From NCBI RefSeq assembly GCF_009914755.1, contig NC_060930.1: a DNA stretch of 64,000 nucleotides; one strand, given 5' to 3'. Within the stretch, counting starts at the first letter, position 1. Each line of letters opens with the position of its first letter. The notes below the pieces were generated by a model. That model was not told where the DNA came from and made no database searches. It worked only from the letters and a program-made list of their open reading frames with translations. The position numbers and the translations under genes were made by a program. Below, in pieces: positions 60,799-64,000 of this stretch. This stretch comes from the human T2T-CHM13v2.0 reference genome, Homo sapiens.

Positions 60799-63611
60799 CC
60801 TTAATGTATACCAGGCACAGCACTAAAATTTTTGAACGCATTAGCTCTTTTGATTGACATGACAGCAAGATACTATATGTATATTTCCCTGTCTATGAAT
60901 AAAACTTAGAGAAGTTAAACAATCTGTGTGGGGTCACACTACTTATAGGGGATAGAACTTAGATTTAAATTCAAGCTGTCTAACTCATCTAAAGCTTGTG
61001 AGCATAACTATGACTGTACTGTCCTATGATATTTGGTACTAAATTTGTGATAATGACAGCAGAGGTAATTGGCATTTTCCTATTTATCTTCATAGCATGG
61101 TAAACAGGTAGGGACTCTAACTTGCCTTACATGCTGTAATTGATTAATGGAAGATCTGGAGCTAGAGCCCCAGTCTGTTGTGGGTCCTGTCCTCATTCTT
61201 CTATACCTAACTTTTGAAAGTATTGTTCTTATTTGAAAGCTTTTTTTAAAACAAAACTCAAGGAGTAAACATCAAGAAAATAGCAACAACAAAATCTCAT
61301 TAGTTTTATCACACTAGGAATCTCGCCAGATAAGCCATGTTTGGCAACACCAGGTTTATATGACTCGCTCTCTCGGAGACTGCATTCTTTAATTTGGTTG
61401 CTCCGCTTGAGAGTTTTAATTTCCTATTGTTCTTTAATCATTTGTGGATGCTTTTAATTAAGAGGCCTCAGAATTTTCACAAGTGAGGTCTATTATCCAA
61501 CCTCTTTTTATAAAAATAAGATATGAAAATTAGATTTAAACATTGAGTTTGTGGCATAATCACCAAAAAGTAAGGAGTGGTTTTTATTTCTCAAATCTGC
61601 TTTTGTAATATCTCTCCTATTGATTATTCCCTCAAGTATTGCCACTATTGCCAATTTTTAAAACTTGCTTTACATTAATGAAGATTTTGGAAAGACATAT
61701 ATCTAAATCCTTTCACATATAAAAATAGTCTAACTAACTTAAACCACACTTAAATCAACAAAATAAAAAGGCTGTTTGTATTCACTAGATCTCTCACTGT
61801 GGACTTTTAGATGTGAATATCCTCCTTCATTTATATTTTTTCTAATTTAATTTAAAAATAGAATCTATTTTTACTGTCAGGTTTCTGCCATCCTACCCCT
61901 CCCCAAAATAAAATCCTATGTTTATTTTCCCAAGGCCTCTGTGATCAAACTTACTTAAATGGAAGTTTTGAAAATAAACCAGTTAATTGATACCATTTGC
62001 AGCAGCACTATGATAGTTCCATATGGCTTTTTTGGTAATACCAGCTGCCTCATTATAAGCTGTCATTGCAAAACCTCTTGATTAAAACCCAAATATCCCA
62101 TAGGTAAAACAATATTGCTTTCATTCCTTCAAAATCTACATTTGCAGTGGCAGAAATATGAGACCCATGTTTGTGTGAAGGTCATTGTGTGCAGAATGTG
62201 CTGATTCCAAGCAAATGTTTGAGATTCATTTAGTAGATGTTAAAAGCTGGCCTGCTTGAAACCTGTTTTCCTCTGTATTTTTAGGGTCAATGTTTAAAAT
62301 AATTTTATACTAATAGTATATTCTTTACTTTCTGCATATTCCATGTATAAATGAAAACACTAGGTCATGTGTAGATTCATCACAGAATTTTAATAGAAAA
62401 TAATGTTTTCAGAGGTAGACCTCTTTGGACACTGAGTAACTGTGGGTACTTATTTTCCAAATGGCTGAGCATAATTTTTCCCCACCATATAAATCTCTAG
62501 AGAAATCTTATTAAAACTTATCACACATTTTCCTGCAATCTTAAACAGGATATATGTGATACAATTAAGCCCTTTTATAATAACTCAGGGTCATCATTAT
62601 GGATATCAGTTAGAATGCTGGACTAGAAGCCACCATCATCTCACTTGGATCACTGCAATAGCTTCCTAACTCGTTTCCCAGCATCTACACATGCCCCATT
62701 CCAATTCTTTCTCCTCCACACAGCTGCTGGAGTGACCTTTAAAATAGAGGAATCTGATCATTTCAGGAACCTGCTTTTTAAAATTTTCAGTGGCTTCCTA
62801 TTTCTCTTAAGATGAAATCTAAAATTTATAATGTATCCTCTAAAGGCCTCCACTCCACCCACCTTCCTCTAGACTCCTAAATTTGTTTCAGATCCTTTAC
62901 AGGACTTTGGACCTGAAACACTAGGACCAAGCTAGTGTGGTAGAATCCAAATGCTTCACAGAATTTTCCCATCTCAATACATAAAATAATGCACAAAACA
63001 TAATTTTTTAAATCATCAACCACAAAGAAAAACACTAATAGTAACCAAAAAAGAAAACAGGCAAGGAAAGAAACAAAAGAGTCACAGTAGACAAAGTCAT
63101 GAAAATGCTCACTTAATATTTCCAAACAGAGTAAAGGAAATAGCTGCTGACTTGAGAAGAAATAAGTAAAATGGAGGATTTAGATGTGGATACCTCTATT
63201 TCTCTATTCCTTTTCCTAATTTAATTTGAAAGTGAAGATTTCCATTCTGTTTAGTTTATGCTCTTCCCCTTCCCCCCACATACAAAAAAACCCCTAAGTT
63301 TATTTTCCTAAACAAGACAAAAGGAAACAGCCATATACACTTCCCTTAAAAATGAAAGTGAAGGAAACAGAACACAAAGAACCCATCCTAGAAGAAAATA
63401 GAATTCTATAAAAAGGAAACTTCATAATTTCATTTTGCTATCAAGCAACTTAGTAGATCACAAAGAGCATCACAAAATGAGTTAAGGACAATTGCAGATC
63501 AAGAGAAAGGAGAAACAGCATCACAGAGCCATGGCACAAATCCTCACTTCAAGGCCATTGGCACTGTTTTAGTGGTTAATAAAAAAAGATTAATTATCTC
63601 TGAAAAAAAGG

Positions 63612-64000
63612 CAGTAGCCCCAGTCAGGGGCTTATAGATAAAATCCCCATCTCCCTGGGATGGGGCACATGGGGGAAGGGGCAGCTGTGGATGCAGCTTC
63701 AGCAGACTTAAACGTTCTTGCCTGCCAGCTCTAAAGAGAGCAGCAGATCTCCCAGCCTAGCATTCGAGCTCTGTTAAGGGACTGCCTCCTCAAGTGGGTC
63801 CCTGACCACCATGTCTCCTGACTGGGAGACACCTCCCAGCAGGGGCCGACAGACATCTCATACAGGAGAGCTCCGGCTGGCATCTGGTGGGTGCCCCTCT
63901 GGGACGAAGCTTCCAGAGGAAGGAACAGGGCACAATCTTTGCTGTTCTGCAGCCTCCACTGGTGATACACAGGCAGACAGGGTCTGGAGTGGACCTCCAA
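63612..64000 (+). mobile_element. L1PA (PA7/8-like) 5'UTR fragment running off the window
   Basis: cagtcaggggcttatagataaaa...cagcagacttaaacgt...tgcctcctcaagtgggtccctgacc...ggtctggagtggacctcc. Confidence 0.85.

Noticed and set aside
63731-64000. Antisense ORF in an L1PA 5'UTR, possible ORF0
   Set aside because: It is in the distal UTR of a 5'-truncated fragment, is open at the window edge and does not resemble ORF0 as I recall it.

Overview
Human (or very closely related primate) genomic DNA. The window is almost entirely intronic sequence of the DNA primase large subunit gene PRIM2 (p58), on the + strand. Three coding exons are present (27950-28076, 33236-33318, 58998-59066). They have canonical AG/GT sites and compatible phases, and encode F341-N433 of the p58C Fe-S domain, including Y345/Y347 and the cluster ligands C367, C384 and C424. 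I cannot tell from the sequence alone whether this is the functional locus or its known near-identical duplicated copy. The rest is a dense TE landscape: about 25 Alus, many L1 fragments, a 5.5-kb two-LTR MER31-type provirus, several solo LTRs, MER1/MER58/MADE1 DNA-transposon relics and microsatellites. Repeat subfamily names are from memory of consensus sequences, not a search. I found no convincing new gene or multi-gene system. The best unexplained structures are rearrangement scars: (1) a 215-bp, 98.6%-identical inverted copy of an old MER21 LTR segment fused to a broken Alu by 6-bp microhomology; (2) a neighbouring 82-bp templated Alu copy; (3) an L1-in-L1 chimera of two subfamilies inside a single 22-bp TSD; (4) several nested micro-hairpins that interrupt TE consensus. 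Also notable are an undecayed AluYc1-like insertion, candidate cryptic or terminal exons, a p53-like palindromic cluster and an Oct/NF-Y-dense LTR.
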